A stretch of DNA of 64,000 bases from Candidatus Culexmicrobium cathedralense (lineage in GTDB: Archaea; Thermoproteota; Methanomethylicia; Culexarchaeales; Culexmicrobiaceae), in contig JANZKC010000001.1 in the NCBI GenBank assembly GCA_025061115.1, forward strand, positions 544,001-608,000. Direction: 5' to 3'. Both the position numbers and the translations under genes were made by a program. How positions within the stretch are numbered: position 1 is the stretch's first letter; each line of letters begins with the position of its first letter. Below are positions 60,327 to 64,000 of this stretch, piece by piece. The notes beneath the pieces are model-generated. The model was not told the DNA's origin. It ran no database searches and saw only the letters and a program-made list of their open reading frames with translations.

Positions 60327-60386
60327 TCACTAGAATGATAGGTAGATGCTAGAGTATAAAAATTTCCTCACTTCGCTGAGGCATGG

Positions 60387-60809
60387 TCACCGCTTCACTT
60401 CATATGAGGCTGTGACGCGCACACCGCCATTCTTCAGCATCAGTGAAACCGAGCAGTACTTCTCCTTGGAAAGCTGAATTGCCCTGGCAACCTTATCTTC
60501 ATCAACATCTCCATAAACAATGTAGTTCAAATGGATGTCGGTGTAAACTCTTGGAGTCTCCTCCCTACGCTTGCCTTTAACGGTTATCTCCAACCCCTCA
60601 ACCCTCTGCTTCATCTTACTCAAAATTGAAACTATGTCGTAGGCTGTGCAGCCAGCTAAAGCTATTAAAACCAGCTCCATAGGGCTAGGGCCCAACGGCG
60701 GATCAACTACAGCTCCGGGAGCTTTAAGCACTACGGCATAATTCGACTTCGTCTTGCCGATGAAGCCATAGTCCTTGACCAGCTTCAAGGAAACCTCAAC
60801 TTCACTCAT
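60387..60809 (-). CDS. OsmC/YhfA family protein
   Basis: GPSPMELVLIALAGCT, LSKEKYCSVS. Confidence 0.9.
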   Translation of the reverse strand: MSEVEVSLKLVKDYGFIGKTKSNYAVVLKAPGAVVDPPLGPSPMELVLIALAGCTAYDIVSILSKMKQRVEGLEITVKGKRREETPRVYTDIHLNYIVYGDVDEDKVARAIQLSKEKYCSVSLMLKNGGVRVTASYEVKR

Positions 60810-60822
60810 ACACGTACACCTC

Positions 60823-62208
60823 CTACTTCGAGTAAATCTTGGTCTTAGAAATGTCAATTAAGCCGTATGGAACGTTAGCCTTCCTAATGGCTTCCTCACC
60901 CCGTTCAGTCGTCAATATGAAGCCGCCGCTGCCAACGACAACCCCATTAACCATGATTATCTCACCCCTAGCAATTCCCAAGCAAGCCTTACAGGACACT
61001 GGATCTATAACTGTAATGTCGGCATCCGCACCAACACCCAAATGACCCTTACTTTCCAATCCAAGCATCCTAGCTGGATTAAGTGAAAGCTTAACCGCCA
61101 ACTCAGAAAGCGTCAATGCCCCAAACTTCACTAGGAGCATGCCCTTCTCCACAGCCACATTCCTAGGAATAGCTCCACCATCAGTGCTTATCGCATCAAT
61201 TATGAAGTTGCCATCAGAGTCCTTGGCAGTAGCCAGAACTATTTGAGCCTCAGGATCATTAACTGGAAAGCTCAAGCCAATCTCAGTTTCAGCTTCAAGC
61301 CAATACCTCAACCCTTCCTCGCCAGTAACTAGAAGCACCTCACCTCCAGCTTCAACCCTAACACGAGCATAGCCGTCTAGGATGGCTTGCTTAACCCCAT
61401 CATAAGTTTCGGGATAACCCCTAAGCCTCAAGCAGTTCCGAGTAACCCTACTAACTGGAACGCCATTAACGCACTTGCCGCTAGTCCCATTAATAGTAGC
61501 CAGGTAGGATTCGGAGGCAATATTCCGCTTACCCCTCAAATGTTCCAAAGCCTCCAAAGCCTCAGCAACAGGATCCTTAATCAAACCCCTACAATAGCTA
61601 TTCACGTGAGCAACGTGAAGCCCATTATCACCAGCAAGCTCGACAGCCTCAATAAGCCCATTCAAGTCACTGCCAGTCTCAGTAGTGCCAACGTGAAAAG
61701 CGATGTACGCTTTCTGCCTATTGCACTCCTCAATGATTTTAGCGGTCGTCTCAGGCGTGAAAGGCCTATGACCACCAGTAATCTTAAGCCCCAAAGCCCC
61801 TTCACTAACAGTTCTCGAAACAGCATTCTCAATCTCCTCATCAGTCAACGTATCACCAGCATCAGGATAATAATGCCTAATATTAGTCACGAAAAGCACG
61901 TTCAAACCAGCGCCATAAGCCTTCAAATTGCTTATAATCTCCTCAGCTGGAGCACTAAGGTCAAAAGCAGTTATAACGCCAGCCTTAGCCATCATCCTAT
62001 GCCCAAGCTTATCAATATGAACATGCGAGTCAATAACCCCTGGAAACACTATTTTACCCTTGACATCGATAGCCACTTTGGCCTTCCGAGCATCAAGCTC
62101 GTCAGCTACTTCAACTATCCTTCCATTTTCTATTCCAATATCTAAAACATCTTCAACCCCATTTTTAGGGTCAACGACAAAGCCGCCTTTAACAAGTAAA
62201 TCGTACAT
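60823..62208 (-). CDS. Metal-dependent amidohydrolase (dihydroorotase-like fold)
   Basis: PGVIDSHVH, AFHVG, HVAH, STDGG, NPARMLGL..KGHLGVGADAD. Confidence 0.85.
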   Translation of the reverse strand: MYDLLVKGGFVVDPKNGVEDVLDIGIENGRIVEVADELDARKAKVAIDVKGKIVFPGVIDSHVHIDKLGHRMMAKAGVITAFDLSAPAEEIISNLKAYGAGLNVLFVTNIRHYYPDAGDTLTDEEIENAVSRTVSEGALGLKITGGHRPFTPETTAKIIEECNRQKAYIAFHVGTTETGSDLNGLIEAVELAGDNGLHVAHVNSYCRGLIKDPVAEALEALEHLRGKRNIASESYLATINGTSGKCVNGVPVSRVTRNCLRLRGYPETYDGVKQAILDGYARVRVEAGGEVLLVTGEEGLRYWLEAETEIGLSFPVNDPEAQIVLATAKDSDGNFIIDAISTDGGAIPRNVAVEKGMLLVKFGALTLSELAVKLSLNPARMLGLESKGHLGVGADADITVIDPVSCKACLGIARGEIIMVNGVVVGSGGFILTTERGEEAIRKANVPYGLIDISKTKIYSK

Positions 62209-62407
62209 GGCTAATCCCATAATGTATAGCCAACAGTCAACCTATAAATCAATAACTATTCCATGCAAGTTTACCCTAGCTAAATAGTAAATGCAGTTCT
62301 TTCCAACATTCCTTAAGTCTACCTTAATAATGCAAGATAATGTTCGTACTAAAAGTCGCTTAGTCCACCAAGTTACTCTGCTGTAAAATTAAAATGATCA
62401 TACAGGC

Positions 62408-63250
62408 TTAAATAATGCTGGAATTCCGGTTGAGCCCAGACATTATCTGAATATCGTGGTTATATACCTCAACCCATGGAACTTCCAGCAAACTTTTATC
62501 GCCCCAACCACACGGATGCCCTACAACTCGATAATATCCAATTCCATATGGAAGCCAGTTCTTCAAAAATTTAAGAAGATTTTTTCTAAAGTATAACTTA
62601 AAAGTCTTAAGAGGTGCATAAACACCTAATAACTCAGAATGATCAGAAGTTATGGCAATACTATACCCAAGTTTCATAGCTGAATAAATTAACTTCTTTG
62701 CAACTTTGAGAACATATCTCAGGTTTTCTAAGTAGGCTCTTGCGAATTCCTTTCTAGCCTTACTGCTCCTAGTTGCCTGCTTATATATACTTGAACCTGC
62801 CAATGTAGGATCGTCACCATAGTCTCTCAGCCAAGTACTACAAATAAATGGAGCATGCGGTTGAAGATAATGAACAATTAAATTCTCTCCTCTTAAAAGA
62901 TACCTTAAAGCTATTAGATTAACGTGTTCAGCCCTAACAGTTTTTAGCTTATTATCCCAAAACTTAACTGAAACATCAATTACGCGTTTAAATACATTCT
63001 TTCCTTTAAATACAATTGATACCCAAGGATTTGCCGACACATATACTGCATTAACAGGCTCTGTAAAAGTTTTCTCCAACCATTCTTTGGTACAGCTGCC
63101 GGCGGATAGAACTCTTTCAACATTTACATTCAAATTACCTAAAAAACGAATGTTATCCTCCAACATATCAGGTCTACAAGCATCTAATACAAATAGAATA
63201 CTTTTGTTGTGCCTCAACAACCGATAGATTAGGATTCTCTGGCTCTTCAC
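62408..63250 (-). CDS. Alkaline phosphatase/sulfatase-superfamily protein (AT-rich)
   Basis: VLDACRPD, GSCT, HYLQPHAPF, ITSDHSE, VPW. Confidence 0.75.
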   Translation of the reverse strand: MKSQRILIYRLLRHNKSILFVLDACRPDMLEDNIRFLGNLNVNVERVLSAGSCTKEWLEKTFTEPVNAVYVSANPWVSIVFKGKNVFKRVIDVSVKFWDNKLKTVRAEHVNLIALRYLLRGENLIVHYLQPHAPFICSTWLRDYGDDPTLAGSSIYKQATRSSKARKEFARAYLENLRYVLKVAKKLIYSAMKLGYSIAITSDHSELLGVYAPLKTFKLYFRKNLLKFLKNWLPYGIGYYRVVGHPCGWGDKSLLEVPWVEVYNHDIQIMSGLNRNSSII

Positions 63251-63650
63251 CTATAACACATCCATAAGCTCATTGTCCATTAGTTGTGAGACGATCAAAG
63301 CGTATCATGGCAATGAGCCTCCAGGGTAATATAATATGGTGTAACTAATTAACAACTACGCATATTCTTTGAAAAACATTTATCCTAAACATAGAAATGT
63401 TAGTGATTCAACTGTCAATCAACCGCAGTTAATCATAAAAGATTATGAGTTTTATGGTGTGATTTATGAAAGCTATCATTAAGCCAAGATATAATGTAAC
63501 AAAATTATGACATTTTGAAAAGTAGATTATAAGTGAGAAGATATAGTAATCTTCAATATTGTAATGTATAAAGTAAAGCATTATACCTTAATATTAAATA
63601 AGCTTAGTTAAGTTATATTTAATAAGGTAATTAACTGGAGGATCTAAACT

Positions 63651-64000
63651 ATGGTAAAAATAACTTTTATAACTTTTACTAGGAACTCAGCAGCTAGAAT
63701 TGAAGGTTTACTTAAACATATAAGAGACATAGTTGATGAAATCATAGTTGTAGATGGTTTCAGTACCGATGGTACGGTGGAGATAGCTAAAAGCTATGAT
63801 GCCAAGATATACCTGAGAAAGCCTTGGGGATATCCCGATCCAGACCGCATGTTTGCTTTAAGGATGGCTTCAAATGAGTGGATTATATACCTCGACGATG
63901 ACGAACGACTATGTCGAAAACTTAAGAACGACATCAGAGATATCATTGAGAAATCCAAAAACGTATCAGCATTTAGCACACTGCGCATTAACATACTACC
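63651..64000 (+). CDS. Family 2 glycosyltransferase, N-terminal part (runs off window)
   Basis: MVKITFITFTRNS..DEIIVVDGFSTDGTVEIA..WIIYLDDDER. Confidence 0.88.
   Translation, partial: MVKITFITFTRNSAARIEGLLKHIRDIVDEIIVVDGFSTDGTVEIAKSYDAKIYLRKPWGYPDPDRMFALRMASNEWIIYLDDDERLCRKLKNDIRDIIEKSKNVSAFSTLRINIL

Noticed and set aside
61387-62145. Long antisense ORFs (this 252-aa one, 12320-13018 and many others)
   Set aside because: They lie opposite well-supported genes, have Ser/Pro/Leu-rich shadow composition and show no motifs
63794-63994. 66-aa - strand ORF
   Set aside because: Antisense to the partial GT2 gene starting at 63651
1-64000. CRISPR arrays, rRNA, transposases, integrases
   Set aside because: No regularly spaced repeats, rRNA-like tracts or recombinase motifs were seen

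Overview
Archaeal chromosome segment, most likely a thermophilic TACK/Thermoproteota-type lineage (inferred from gatDE, topo VI, aIF1A/aIF2, Csl4, GINS, PriSL, S27e/L44e/Nop10 and AglB). It is mostly dense housekeeping DNA covering nucleotide and cofactor metabolism, translation, replication, glycine cleavage and mevalonate-pathway entry. An AT-rich glycosyltransferase region and tRNA-Gln(UUG) lie near the right end. The main finding is that CTP synthase (pyrG) is interrupted inside its [10 protein letters not shown] motif by a 28-nt, frame-breaking, stop-containing insertion. This insertion folds into a bulge-helix-bulge splice motif, and cutting at the canonical bulge positions restores the conserved reading frame exactly, so it is a candidate tRNA-type mRNA intron outside the known cbf5 case. 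Other points of note are a T7 frameshift in top6B, a catalytically degenerate thiolase next to a DUF35-HMG-CoA synthase fusion, a ribophorin-I-like protein, an unlisted RHH regulator with tandem GTATTACTA boxes, a structured leader/uORF before ileS, and a sequon-rich coiled-coil surface protein. All calls come from manual motif reading; no database searches were run.
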